A stretch of DNA of 64,000 nt from Eledone cirrhosa (lineage: Eukaryota): NCBI GenBank assembly GCA_964016885.1, contig OZ024740.1, positions 438,092,001 to 438,156,000 on the forward strand. Reading direction: 5' to 3'. The position numbers and the translations under genes were made by a program. Below the pieces are notes generated by a model. The model made no database searches. It saw nothing but the letters and a program-made list of their open reading frames with translations, and had not been told where the DNA came from. The first letter of the stretch is position 1. Each line of letters opens with the position of its first letter. This document shows, one piece after another, positions 26,881-41,920 of this stretch.

Positions 26881-27915
26881 ATGATAATAAGGGCGCTGCG
26901 GAGTTGCAAATGGGTTACATATGAAAAAAGTTTGTCCTTCATCAGTGATCTTCCAACTATCATAGGCATTTCATCGCTTTAAAGACCATATACCTCCGGT
27001 TGGTGCGAGCAACGGCTAAAAAAATTCGTTGGGACACGTAAATAAAGGGGACGCGAGGGTAAACAAACAAAATGGTGAAGCAACAGAAAGTGAGGAAGAA
27101 GGAGACAAGTTCCAGATTTCTATGAATTTAAGTTCGGTGAAATCGTGAACGAGAGAATAAAGACCATCAAACCTGGTTGAAATGTGAGCAAGGAAGGAAT
27201 TTCGCACAGGTCTAACGGGAGGAAGAAGGGGTCTGGTCTGCGAATTCGGTAAACATAAGTTCTGTGAAATCATAGACGAGAGAGCAAAAATTCCGACCAG
27301 CTTGGCCGAGAATGTGAGTGAAAAGAATTAATCACAGGTCAAACGGGAAGAAAGAGGAGGAGGAGAGGTAGTGACAGAGAATGAGTGAGTGAAGGGTGAG
27401 GAAGAGGCTAACAGAGAGAGAGACTGCTAGAAACGGTAAAGATACATAGAACGAAAAAGACGGTGTAGCAGCAGAGGAAAAAATATGTGTAAATATGATA
27501 ATAAGGGCGCTGCGGAGTTGCAAATGGGTTCATATGTAACCCATTTGCAACTCCGCAGCGCCCTTATTATCATATTTACACATATTTTTTCCTCTGCTAC
27601 ACATATTTCTTCCTCCCATTAGACCTGTGCGAAATTCCTTCCTTGCTCACATTTCAACCAGGTTTGATGGTCTTTATTCTCTCGTTCACGATTTCACCGA
27701 ACTTAAATTCATAGAAATCTGGGACTTGTCTCCTTCTTCCTCACTTTCTGTTGCTTCACCATTTTGTTTGTTTACCCTCGCGTCCCCTTTATTTACGTGT
27801 CCCAACGACTTTTTTTAGCCGTTGCTCGCACCAACCGGAGGTATATGGTCTTTAAAGCGATGAAATGCCTATGATAGTTGGAAGATCACTGATGAGGGAC
27901 ACACTTTTTTCATAT
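26881..27915. mobile_element. Head-to-head palindromic dimer of an about 615-nt repeat (family H)
   Basis: Direct repeat at 26881 and 27496; inversion centre about 27533; right arm internally deleted; related fragments near 23015 and 44515. Confidence 0.8.
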
Positions 27916-27969
27916 ATATATATAGATATATATATATATACTCGAGATATATATATAAATATATATATT

Positions 27970-28054
<85 letters not shown>

Positions 28055-28103
28055 TTATATATATATATATATATATATAGATATATATATTTATATATAT
28101 ATC

Positions 28104-28262
28104 TCGAGTCCGGAAACCTTATAGGCACCCGTTTTACGTGTGTTGTGTTGAGGCAAATAACTATGTGCATACTCTGGTAATGTATCTTACATTGCCCATT
28201 GAGTGCTCTGAGATACAACCGGTTCTGGCATTGATAAATATGCTGAGTTCGTCAACCCTTAT

Positions 28263-28294
<32 letters not shown>

Positions 28295-28560
28295 ATAAGG
28301 GTTGACGGACCCACCATATTTATCAATGCCAGAACCGGTTGTATCTCAGAGCACTCAATGGGCAATGTAAGATACATTACCAGAGTATACACATAGTTAT
28401 TTGCCTCAACACAACACACGTAAAACGGGTGCCTATAAGGTTATCGGACTCGAATTTCTGCCGCACTAATGCAGCTGTAAGGTGCACTGCACCATCCGTC
28501 TGCATATATTATGCAACAATGCACAATCGGCTTATGCGGCTTCATCAGCGGGTATCGCCT
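28104..28560. mobile_element. Tail-to-tail fold-back element family I around a (TA)n centre
   Basis: 28104-28263 is the near reverse complement of 28294-28453. Confidence 0.85.
28445..28551 (-). ncRNA. Type I hammerhead with long stem II (family I)
   Basis: CCG-CTGATGA-aGCCGCA...TGCGGCa-GAAA-tTCGAg-TC|CG (|CGG in the other arm). Confidence 0.65.
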
Positions 28561-28686
28561 AATCAATAACCAATCGATCGACAGAATCCAAACACCGGCC
28601 CATGCCGGTCATGACTGTTTGTGACAACAATTGGTGTGGTAGATTCCAGTTCCTCAGAGAAATAACAACCCAACCAGGAGCTGTAA

Positions 28687-28830
28687 GTTAATATTCTACC
28701 ATACTATTTCATTCTAATACCATTATAAATTTTAAAGGATTCTAAATAAAATGAGTAAATCAGACAAAGTTGGAATTCCTTTTATTAATATAATCTTCTA
28801 TACACAATCATACACACCCGTGTATATTTA
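28687..28830 (+). mobile_element. Family A tail fragment
   Basis: Matches 32966-33108 and 46415-46518. Confidence 0.8.
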
Positions 28831-28973
28831 TCTATCTATCTATCTCACTCTCTCTCTCTCTATATATATATATATAATGGAAAATTTGAACAGGAACGAG
28901 ACAGAGAGGCAGTACAACGAATGTTTATTAATTTCACGCTCTTGAGAGTGGGATACATATATAATATTTATAT

Positions 28974-29061
<88 letters not shown>

Positions 29062-29209
29062 AGACACTTTATTTCACGTTGCTCCTTCTACCTGGAGTTG
29101 CGACCGATAGATAGTATTAGCAATCTATCGGAAAGACCAACAGAAACATTGTTCCCTCGGTCCGATTTGACGAAAGTCGATCGTCTTCCTCATATATATA
29201 TATATATAA

Positions 29210-29263
<54 letters not shown>

Positions 29264-29291
29264 TTATATATATAAATATATTATATATATA

Positions 29292-29334
<43 letters not shown>

Positions 29335-29490
29335 AGAGAGAGATAGATAAATATGCACGGGTGTGTATGATTGTGTATAGAAGATTATATTAATAAAAGG
29401 AATTCCAACTCTGTCTGATTTACTCGTTTTATTTACAATCCTTTAAAATTTATAATGGTATTAGAATGAAATAGTATGGTAGAATATTAA

Positions 29491-32400
29491 TAATAATAAT
29501 AATGAAATAAAGTGCATGTATAGGACATAGGGTAATGTACAAACATGCGTGAGTCATGATACACACATGTGTGCATGTGTATGGAAGGGGTACATCAGGT
29601 GTAGTTTTGGCGTATTTCGGGGAGCATGAGTGTCTTAAAGGATGCAGTGTCTCGGCAGTTAACAACTGACGCAGGCAGTTTGTTCCATGCTTCAGCAACT
29701 CTGAGCGTGAAAAGATGTCTACGAAAGTCATAGGAGCTGTGCTGTTTTCTGATTTTGTAGGCATGTCCACGTGTGTTAGACACATGGAGATCAAAAAGGT
29801 GGTCAGGGTTGCAATTGGCGAGATGGTTAATAACTTTGTGGGTATTCACCAAGTCCATTGCCAGACGTCGGAGCTTCAATGAATCCATGCCCAGGGAAGC
29901 AAGGCGTACAGAGTATGGTAGGTGTCTGATGGAGGGTATGCGCTTGGTTGCACGTCTCTGAACAGTTTCCAGGAGGTCAATGTTCTGAGCAAGATAGGGG
30001 TTCCAGACTGATGATGCGAATTCCAAGTGTGGTCGTACCATAGCTGTATACAGTTTTAAATAGATGGCTGGAGAGTGGCTAACAAAGGTCTTGCTGAGTG
30101 ATGCCAAGACACCCTCGGCCTTCTTGACAATCTTAGAGACATGCTTTGTCCAACGCAAATCGCTGCTGACAGTATTGCCCAGGTCACGTTCACAAGAGGA
30201 CTTCTTGATATCAGTGTTGTGGAGGAATATGGGGATGCTGGATTTTTCCTCCCAAAATGCATGGTGGTACACTTGTCCACAGCCAGCTTCAGTTGCCAGT
30301 CTGTGATCCATTGCTGCATTGTGTCCAGGTCTGATTGTAGGAAAGAGTTGAAGATTCCAGGATCAGTCCTTTTGATTTCAAGGTACAGCTTGATGTCATC
30401 TGCATATTTCAGTACCGTGGCATTCTGTAAGTTGGCATCTATGTCATTAATATATCCACAAACAAAAGGGGACCAAGAACAGATCCCTGTGGTACACCAG
30501 GTGACATCTCATATGGTGAAGAATGCTGTCCTAGAACCGTGACTACCTCTTTACGGCTGAGAATGAAGGATTTCAACCAGTCGAAAAGATCATCCCTCAC
30601 ACCCATTACAGAGAGTTTTGCCATAAGTCTTTTGTGTGGCACAGAATTAAAAGCCTTAGCAAAGTCAAGGTAAACAACATCCACCCATGAGCCGCTGTCA
30701 GTGATCCGGGTGATGTCTTCAAGGAACTCGATAAGCTGATCGCAGCAGCTGGAGTTAGGGATAAATCCAAAGTGTGAGGGCCGGATGAGGCTGTGAGAGC
30801 TCCAGAAATTCAAAAGTGTTTCTCTGACACAGGATTCCATCAGTTTGGCCATACAGCCAGTAAGACTGACTGGACGATAGTTGACAGGTGACACGTGGTT
30901 GCTCTTTTTGAACAGGGGAATGACACTGGCAGTTTTCCACTGCTCCGGAGTAGCACCATTGTTGAGACAGTATTGAAAGAAGAAAGAAAGCTGGCGCCAA
31001 AGGAAATACCCGCCACCTTTGAGAAGCAGGTATGTAACACCATCAAGACCAGGGGAGGCATAGTTGCGCTTATTCTTAAGGTGACGTCGCAACATTGCAG
31101 GTGTAAATTCCATAGTTGTTATGGAATTTGATGTTAGAGATGGTGGAGATGGTACAATCTGGTTTTCAACAGTAAAAATACTTGCATAGCACTCAGCAAT
31201 GAGTTCTGCGCATTCTTTGGGATCGTCAGTGATCTGGCTTGCGTGGGGATTGCGAAGAGGACCAACTGGAGAGTGAGGTCTCTGCTTTGAATGAACATAT
31301 TTCCAGAACACCTTACTGTCAGGATTGGTTGCTATGCACTGTTCAAATTCAAGCACTGCCTTCTTTGTCACTTGCTTGAGATGGTTAGAAGATTTAATCC
31401 GATTTTTTCTGTTGGCATCTGATTTATGCAGTTTATATTCCCGTTCAGTGTTCCGACGTTCTTTCCTGGCAAGTCGGACCGCTGAAGTTTCCCAAATTGC
31501 ACTTTTGAGGTGGGTTTTTTTCTGCTTACGTGGCACCGATGCAGAAGACGCTATCCATATTGAGTCCAGGATGCTCTGGAGTATAGTGTTCACATCTCCA
31601 GAGTTATACATCTCATGCCAGTTTGGGCGCTGTAGCTCAGTGCACTACAAGTTCCAATCTGCTTTCTTCCAATCAAAGCAAGCAGATTGGAGATGGCTCT
31701 GGTTTTTGTTGCTGCCCGCAAGAGCCAGATTGGCAATGATCATAGCATGATCAGAGTTGCCTAGAGGTTCCTCAGTAGTACAACTGATAACCACTTCAGG
31801 AGCAGTGGTGAAGATCAGGTCCAAAGTGTTGTCACGTCTTGTTGGAGAGGTGACTACTTGTGACCAGTTTGAGTCCAGCACTAGTTCAAGGAAATCGTTT
31901 GCACCTTGTGGCCAACGAAAGGTTTCCCAATCGATCTCAGGATGATTGAAGTCACCTGCAATAAACACATAAGTGGCTGTTTTCTTGGCAGCAACTCTGA
32001 GGATATCGCAAAGCTGTGTGTCCTGATGGTAGTTTGGGGGGCGATAAACAACACCAAGCAGAAGTGTTGACATGGTCATACGTATGTCACAGAAAAAAAA
32101 TTCTTCCTGTGATTCGTTCAAATCAACGCAAGGAATTACCGAAAAGTTTGAACGAACGTAGACCATCACACCACCACCACGGCGATTAATGCGGTCCTTG
32201 CGGAAAAGGTTGTACCCAGTAATGCTGAAAACCCCATCACAGAGTAAGGAATGTGCCCATGTTTCTGTGACTGTGATGAAGTCAGGGTCGATGCTTCTGA
32301 CGTAGGAGTCAAACAGATGTATCTTGTTGCATAAACTGCGAGCATTTAAGGACAACAATCTGTACCTTGCTTGCAGTTTATGATGGTGTATAGAGGGTGG

Positions 32401-32860
32401 CAGGTTGTTCTGGTTTAGTTTCCCAGAGTTGTTGCAGTTTTTTCATTGCCAGTTATTGTGGGTAGAGCACACTCAGACCAGCTGGTATCTCTCTTCCACG
32501 TTTCACCAGCCTTAAGAAACCTCCAGATCTGCCCATCATCACGCAGACTAAAACTTTCATGTTGTGCTGAGTTCCGATTCAAGGGAGCTGCAGGACGCAG
32601 CTTTGGACGTACATGGAGTGGTAGGCCTGCGCGTGTTCGGAAGGTAATCCGATTTTCACGCCCAGCTTTAACAGAGGCCAGATGGTATGAGATTGCCTCA
32701 GCGGGATCCGAAAAAGACAGCCTGATGAGTCTGGGTTTTGGACCAGGTCGACCAAGCCGGAGAGCACCCTTTGGGGGAACACAGCCTAGGTCTTTGGCTG
32801 AGCTGGCAGCAAATGCCTGAAGATCAGCCTTGTCCTCTGGTACCCCAATGGCAATTACTT
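29491..32860 (-). mobile_element. 5'-truncated CR1-clade LINE (end of ORF1, frameshifted ORF2)
   Basis: SLNARSL, VTETW, GGGVMVY, VYRPP, AGDFNHP, SDH; NYRPVSL, YLDFAKAF, GVPQGSVLGPLLF, YADD frame, VRPHLEF..VWNP; (TTA)n tail. Confidence 0.95.
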
Positions 32861-32911
32861 ATGTTAAATGTTAATTGAACAAGTACTTTCATGCTTTCGC
32901 AACCACACAAT

Positions 32912-32952
32912 TTGAACCTGAAGATTGCGAAAGCATGAAAGTACTTGTTCAA
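32912..32952 (+). ncRNA. Minimal type I hammerhead (family A)
   Basis: TTGAAC-CTGAAGA-tTGC-gaaa-GCAt-GAAA-GTAC-TT|GTTCAA; 6-bp stem I, GNRA loop II, palindromic loop III. Confidence 0.8.
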
Positions 32953-33102
32953 TTAACACTTAACATTTAATATTCTACCATACTATTTCATTCTAATTCC
33001 ATTATACATTTTAAAGGATTGTAAATAAAACGAGTAAATCAGACAAAGTTGGAATTCCTTTTATTAATATAATCTTCTATACACAATCATACACACCCGT
33101 GT

Positions 33103-34823
<1,721 letters not shown>

Positions 34824-35711
34824 CACTCGTTCCCGCTCTTCCTTTCTCTATGTGAGAGTATATTTTATAGTATGGAGGAGGAAGGAATGACATAGTGCGA
34901 GAGAATAATAGAGAGGTGGGTGTGAACATATAGATATGAACAAGTATGTTTTATAAGCAAAACGAGAATAAAAAAAGTTTTATAGTTATTCCCTAACGGC
35001 GAAACTGTACATTAGAACGAAAGGGAATTAACAGTTTCTAATATAAAAGAGATTCAGGGAAAAAATAACCCAAAAAATCAAAACTATATAGAAATAACAA
35101 CAGCAATAACAACTGCAATAATAACAACTTAATTTTATGTTACGCTATTCTGATTTTGATGAAATTAGTCTTCCAACAGGTCTATGTCGAGTAGTTTCCC
35201 AACAGGCATAATTCTCTATGTAGAAATTTAGCTAAGATACATACACATCTGAAAGCTTGTGTATTTCAGGGAATTTGATTTGTTAGCCTTTTTATATTTA
35301 TATTTATTTTTATTTTAGAAACATTAATAAAGCTTTATGAATTATCTGTGCGTATATGTGAATTATCTGTGTGTATATGTGAATTATCTCTGTGTATATG
35401 TGTATGAGTGTTTTATACGATGTATACAGCTTCTATAGTCTGGTAAACAAAAAAAAATTTTCTTTCACATCTTTTATGAAGAGATATTTGTGAGTCTATA
35501 TGAATTTCGAAAAACATAAAAATAAAATATAAAACTTCAACGGGTATATATTCAATTCGAAAAGATTGCTAATTAATATCACGCTAAAATGGAGGATAGT
35601 GATGTACAGAAATAAATACCATCAGTTAACTAGATATGGCTTTTTACCTTCTCAATTCAAATCTCTCCGTCGTTGACTTTGTCTTTTATACCTTCGCTTG
35701 CGATAAAATCA

Positions 35712-36000
35712 CAGCATGGCCTAATGGTTAAAGTGGCTGCTTTGCAATCACTAGGTCCCAAGTTCCAGCCCACTCCTTGCAATCTCGGGCAAATGTAATT
35801 TACTATAGCCTTGAGTCAATACATGCCTTGTTAGTGAAATTTGGTCGACGGAAACGGTTTGGAAGTCGGTTACCTACACTTCAAAGGACCAGACTTGTAA
35901 TACGTTGTGTCCACGTGTCTGTGGAATATTCAGCCACTTACATATTCATTTCTTAAGCAAGTTGTTTCACTGATCGAAAATCTGGATCACCCAACGTCAA
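35712..36000 (+). mobile_element. Old tRNA-derived SINE
   Basis: GCATGGCCTAATGGTTAAAG A-box-like head and degenerate B box; related minus-strand relics about 36190-36475 and 36830-36940. Confidence 0.5.
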
Positions 36001-37248
36001 AACCAAATGTGGTCGATTCCTTTCGATAGAATAGATAGAAATATTGTACCAGGGTGAATCAATTCGACTTATACGTCATCCCACAAATATATTGCCTTAC
36101 CGTTAGAGGTCGATATCACAACAGAACACATCCTGTAGTAGCGTGACAGTCTTATGCAAGAGTGAGAGTTATGCTGTGATGTAGTCACTACGTTCGTGTC
36201 GACGACCAGCGTTTCAGTTGATTTGATCAATGGATCAGTATTTTTGTAAAATTTACCTAGAGGTGCCCGAGCATTCTACAAATACCTGTCATCATAGTTC
36301 TCAGGGAGATTCAATGTGACATGGCAATTTGAATTTACAAGTAAAACTCATTTTTGGGTGAACCGGAGCAACACCATTTAAAGTGTCTTGCTCAAGGACA
36401 CAACACACTGCTGAGAATCAAACTCCCGTCATTAGGATAGTTAACGGACTACCTAATCACTAGGCCACATGCCTTCGCTACTCACAACTGTAGGTTTTCA
36501 ATAATAGAGGAGAAAATTTCCCTCGCATGATGTTCATCGCAACATTGATGGAATTTAGATAAAATATATATGACAAGAATTCACATGTGAAACTGGAGGT
36601 AATGGAATAATTTCTACATGATCGCAGCCAAATCTCCACCAAAATCTAACATACTGTCTTTGAAAAAAGACACTTAAGGAAGGAGAAAGTCGGCCTATAA
36701 GATGCCAGATCTCATTCTCTTAGCGAGTGGGGTGGACCTCATCAAATCGTACCAAGGAAACAATGTTTCCTTTGGTCTTTCTATTGCTGGTAATATTTAG
36801 TGGTCGTAACTCTTGGGAGAAAGAGCAACGTAAAATAAAGTGCATTGATCAAGGACATAACGCATAGCCTGGTCCTGGAATCGAACTCGCAACCTCAGGA
36901 TTGCGAATCCAATTCTGTAACTACAAAGCCACATTAGTCCAGTGTAAAATATACTGAAAAACAAAGACGTGGTAATCATGTCTGGAACGCCTTTGATCAG
37001 TGATCCTCTCATTCAAGATTTGTAGATTGCTCGTCCATTACTAATTAGACAGTAGGAGAAATGACATGTGGTTTTATGGTGAAGGTCATTCCCCTCTAAA
37101 TTATATCCTCGGTACAGATTGAACTCAACCGAGGAAGATGTATTGACTCTATGTTAAAACAATTAGGAAGTATACAGCTGAGAGATGAAGAACAAATTAG
37201 TAAAGTATTGGAAAGATGTGAAATGTAGTGGTACAAGATACATAGACA

Positions 37249-39410
37249 TTTGGCAGTATCGGTAGAGGATCGGACGCCATGCTTTCCAACGCAGAGCTAC
37301 GGCCCTTTATGGTCTGAGTTCAAACCTCGCCGAGATTAACTTTGCCTTTCACCCTTGCGGGGTCGATAAAATAAAGTACCAGTAATGCACTGAGATAATT
37401 GCTGGCCTTGTGCCAAAAGTAGAACAATTATTAGGTTTATTGTTAGGTGACGAAATGACAGATTCCTTAGAACATCAGATTGAATGCATTGTGGTATTCT
37501 TGTCAACACTCTGTGTTCTGAGTTCAAATCCCGCCGAAGTCAACTTTTGTCTTTTTTCAGGTTGGTAAAAACAGTAGCAGTTCAATACTGGGGTCGATTA
37601 TTCCTCTTTATCTTTCTTTCTCCCCCCTCTTTCTCGCTTTCCTCCCCGCTCTCTTTATCTGAAAGAAATCGACTATGATCAAACCTGGAGAGGGACGGGT
37701 GCTGCCAAGTTTGTAATGCCCAGTGTCACGCCGTATGTTGCTACAGTGCTCCTACCACTCGTGTTCATGCATAGATAGATATTGTGTGTAAATCCTCGCA
37801 TGTCTGAGATCAAATCACGTTGTATTAAATTGTTTTAATACCAGGAACTCATCTATCAGTCTTTTAGAAATATTAGCATCATTTAAGCCAGCTGCTCCTG
37901 TCAATTAACTTACGTCACATTTCTGAGTGAAACTTTTCTTGGCAACATATTGAAGAAAACATTGCGAGTGAGAGGAGTAATACACAACAACCAACAGAAT
38001 CTGATGAAATAAAATCAGAAATTATAATAAATATCATATAACTTCCATGTTGTAAAGTGCTTTTCTCTCACAGGAACAAATAGTAAAGCTACCCCTGGAG
38101 AGTTTATCAATAAATGCAGATAATTTATCAAATGAAAGAGATATAATATTAGCATAAATGCTGATCCTTCAAATGCTGATCACAGCAAATAAATGAGAGA
38201 AAGTATATCTCATAGAATTTCTCTTTCATATCCTTTCAGAATTTTAATCTTTAGTTTGATAATGGTTATCCGTCTTTCACTTCCCACATGAAACCATTTG
38301 GCTGATCAAGGAAACTGTAGCAATCAATGGATTATATTTTATTTTCCTATGACGCCCTTCACTTTCAAAGGAGATATAGGGAGAGCTTTATATCCGTAAA
38401 TACACTGGTTCACATATTACCTCCTTCAAGTAATATGTTGTTGCAATATATCTGTATAATGGGGGTTGGGAGAATCGGTAGAGCATCAGACAAAATACCT
38501 TAAGGTATTTTATTTTGGCTCTTAAGGATCTGAGTTCAAATTCCTCCGAGGTCATCTATGAGTTTCATCTTTCTAGTGTTGTTTAAATAAAAGAGCAATC
38601 AAGTACTGTGATCGATGTAATTGGATTTCCCCTCCCCTAAATTTTTAGCCTTGTGCTTGAATTGTTCTTACGATGTTCTCCCTTGGGATAGATCTTAAAT
38701 CCTGGTTTAGCCAAGATAGTGGACCACATCACGTGGTTTTAAGAATCATGACGTTTCCTTCTCTCATACCTCTCATATTATCCCAACCATTCCAAGTAAA
38801 CAAGATTTCTCTAACATTTCTTCTGTAAGATTCAGGTTTAGTTTTTTGTTTATTAATCCATCAAAGTTGTTTGTCATCGGCACTAAGGGGCCACCAACGA
38901 CGACCACTGCTAACACTTTCACCTTTTTCCTCTTCCACATTCTTGAAATTTTATACTTCATGAGCTGTAATGTGTGCATATTGTTATTATTATTGATTGG
39001 CAGTATCGGTAGTGTCGGAAATAGAGTTACGTCCCTTTACGTTCTGAGTTTAAGTCACGCCCAGGTTAGCTTTGACTTTCATCCTTACGAGGTCGACAAA
39101 TAAATTACCAGTCATACACTGGGGTCGATTTAATCGACTCGACTTTCTCCTCCCTCCAAAATTGCTGGGCTTGTGCCTAAATCAGACAAGATTATTATTA
39201 TTATTATTATTATTATTTGGATTGGCAGTATCGGTAGAGAGTCAGACGCCATTCTTTGCAGCAAAAAGTTACGGCCCTTTACGGTCTGAGTTCAAATCCC
39301 GCCGAGGTTAACTTTGCCTTTCCTCCTTACGGGATCGATGAAATAAAGTACCAGTAATGCACTGGGATAATTACTGGCCTTGTTCCAAAAGTAGAAACAA
39401 TTATTATTAT
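37249..39410 (+). mobile_element. Cluster of SINE copies (about 37249-37430, 37460-37600, 38465-38660, 38996-39190, 39218-39400)
   Basis: Repeated family consensus with (TTA)n tails. Confidence 0.8.
38690..38975 (-). pseudogene. Old R4/Dong-like LINE C-terminal fragment
   Basis: KYKISRMWKRKKVKVLAVVVVG...LEKSCLLG resembles the RLE tail at about 59130-59300. Confidence 0.6.
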
Positions 39411-39606
39411 TGATCTATGTTCTTCACACGTGATATCGCTCCGGCTGTCGTAAGTTCCGTGTTTTCCTGGTTTATAAGAGACATTGTAAAAGTCTGGAAT
39501 TTGTGAAAGTCTGCGTCTTTATTCTGTAAAGAGGGTAGACACTTCTAAAACTGTAATTAATAGCTGCAGATAAAACTGTACTTTTAACTTAGCAAACAAC
39601 CAGACA

Positions 39607-39838
39607 AATGTACCGACAGATGTATCAACAGATGTACCAACGGATGTACCAACAGATGGATGTACCAACAGAGGTTTATACCAACAGTTGAATGTACCAA
39701 CAGATGTACCAACAGATGTATCAACAGATGCATGTACCAACAGCTGAATGTACCAACAGAGGTATGTACTAACAGATTAAAGTAGCAAGAGATGAATATA
39801 CCAACTGATGTATGTACCAACAGATGTACCAACAGATG
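39607..39838. repeat. 12-bp tandem repeat (GATGTACCAACA)
   Basis: Many diverged units. Confidence 0.9.
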
Positions 39839-40155
39839 ATGAGGTTTAGTAAAGGAGTATTGGTAGAGAAACATCTGCCATAGGGAGAGCTAGTCAGAAA
39901 TCTAGGTGTTCCGGAAAGACAACACAACTGACGCAGAGAGATTAAACTGCGGTCAATTCTTCGACAAGATTTTTGTTACATAACTCCATGGGAGAAAACT
40001 TCAGTGTTTCCCACTTTAAACACATCCGGGTAGTGGAAACTTTCGAATTAGAAAGAGAATAACAATCAACTCAAATTATGTACATCATGTACCATTAACA
40101 GGACAAAGAAATAGGCTTAGAGTGATCTCCCATGAAAAAATATTAGTATCGTATG

Positions 40156-40232
<77 letters not shown>

Positions 40233-40749
40233 ATATATATATATATATTGTGAGTTATCTTCCCTAGGGAAGAACTCTCCAGCCAAGGCCATGAAACCGT
40301 GTATCGGCTCTAAATGATCGTGTGCAATAAAAGTAATTAATATCTTCTACTACAAATAACAGGAAATATGCAAGGTGTGAAACTTCAAGGTGCAACATAA
40401 GAAGTAAGAACTTTATCAAATAAATAATTATGCTATAATAAAAGGCTGATGAAGTCGCTGGTTATGTCAGTGGCTCTGCACAACTACGAGACATGGCTGC
40501 TCTTTGTTGAGTAACAACACAGAGGCAGTATCTGAAGTTGTAATGCTACAGTTGTCTGTTTTGAATCTTACAGGCGTCCCACAATATAGATATATACTTC
40601 GCACACAATTCTCTCTCACTGTTAATCACTCTACCCAAACCGGAACTATTATCAGTTGGCTGTATTTGCAACTCAGCAAACAAACAAGAAGATGCATTAA
40701 CATAAACTCTTATTAGTTTCACGCTTAAAGGAAATAGTGTGAAACAGTC

Positions 40750-40795
<46 letters not shown>

Positions 40796-40798
<3 letters not shown>

Positions 40799-41100
40799 AG
40801 GTCACTATTGAGTGCTACTGGTAGCATGTAACCCAGTGTACAACCTGGCGCATGGTCGGATAGTTGGCGACTAAACTGGCAACCCCACCAAATTTACTTG
40901 GTGAGGAGGGTGATTTTTGACACCCTGCGGGACAAAAAACAAAACTTGACAAAGGGCAGAAGAACTCACAAGAGTCAGCGGCCATCTAAAATAAAAAAAA
41001 AAAAATCCTGCCAAATCAATGGGTGGCAGTAGTTCCAGCTGCAAGCATCGAAAGACTGGTGTAGTGGTACTGAGAACAATGCGGTTCTGCAGATGATCAA
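40796..41100 (+). mobile_element. Probable RTE-like LINE 5' fragment
   Basis: AAAGGGC.GAAGAACTCA.AAGAGTCA.CGGCCATC also present inverted at 13058-13094; clade assignment from memory. Confidence 0.4.
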
Positions 41101-41339
41101 TGCAAATAAACAATGGAAAGACACTGCCGCTTGAGTCAGAAGAGAACTATTGACCTTCGCGAGAAGCAGCGACTCCTGATTGTATTCAACAACCGAAACA
41201 AATGTGAAGTACACCAAATCCAATGCTCCTAGGGGCGGCCCTGTTTCTTCATTTTTGCGAGTGTAAACTCGGCCAGATTGTATATATATATACAATATAT
41301 AGATGTGAGAAAAACCACAGACCCTCCATCTCAACTCTA

Positions 41340-41375
41340 CTTTTGAAAAGCAGAAGAACTGCGAAACCGGTAGAG
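41340..41375 (+). ncRNA. Minimal hammerhead, U3-A8 variant (family D copy)
   Basis: CTT-TTGAAAA-GCAG-aagaa-CTGC-GAAA-CCGG-TA|GAG. Confidence 0.7.
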
Positions 41376-41530
41376 GAACCAAATAAATATATATATATTT
41401 TTTTTAAATAAGACTCCAATTGCATTTTCGATTTCATCTTTTTTTCTTTATACTTTCACTCGTGTAGGACACCTCGGTTATTTTTCATTTTGTAAAAAAA
41501 ACCTCACTTTCTAATATATATATATATATA

Positions 41531-41878
41531 TTGTTATGCTTTGGGAGGGTCATGTTGTCAATAAGAAACGATGGCGTAGGACAGAACAAAGGAGAGGCAC
41601 ACAAAGAAAGAAAAGAATCCCCAGTCACTGAAGAGGTCACAGAATGTGTGACAAAAGAACTTTGACAGTATATGAACAACCGTCCGGTTGTGGAACCAAC
41701 CAACCAACCAACCGGAAATTTATAAATTCTTAAATTTATAAATTTAAATTATAATAAATTGGATTGAAACTACTGGTGCGTGTGTTTTTTTATTGGCAAC
41801 ATGACCCTCCCAAAGCATAACAATATCGGTTTCAACACACGTTTTCAGATAAAGAATCTTGCTAAACAAATTCAGAAA

Positions 41879-41880
<2 letters not shown>
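41531..41880 (+). mobile_element. Family K-related element with decayed hammerhead at 41624-41666
   Basis: GTCA-CTGAAGA-gGTCACA-gaatg-TGTGAC-AAAA(for GAAA)-gaac-TT|TGAC; inverted arms 41531-41567/41788-41822. Confidence 0.65.

Positions 41881-41919
<39 letters not shown>

Positions 41920-41920
<1 letters not shown>

Noticed and set aside
28915-28960. GAAA-TTAA-TA hammerhead 3' half on minus strand
   Set aside because: No 5' core; too short to distinguish from chance in AT-rich DNA.
40440-40510. CTGATGA followed by a 9-bp hairpin
   Set aside because: No GAAA after the stem and no stems I/III; similar incomplete cases near 8180 and 48258.
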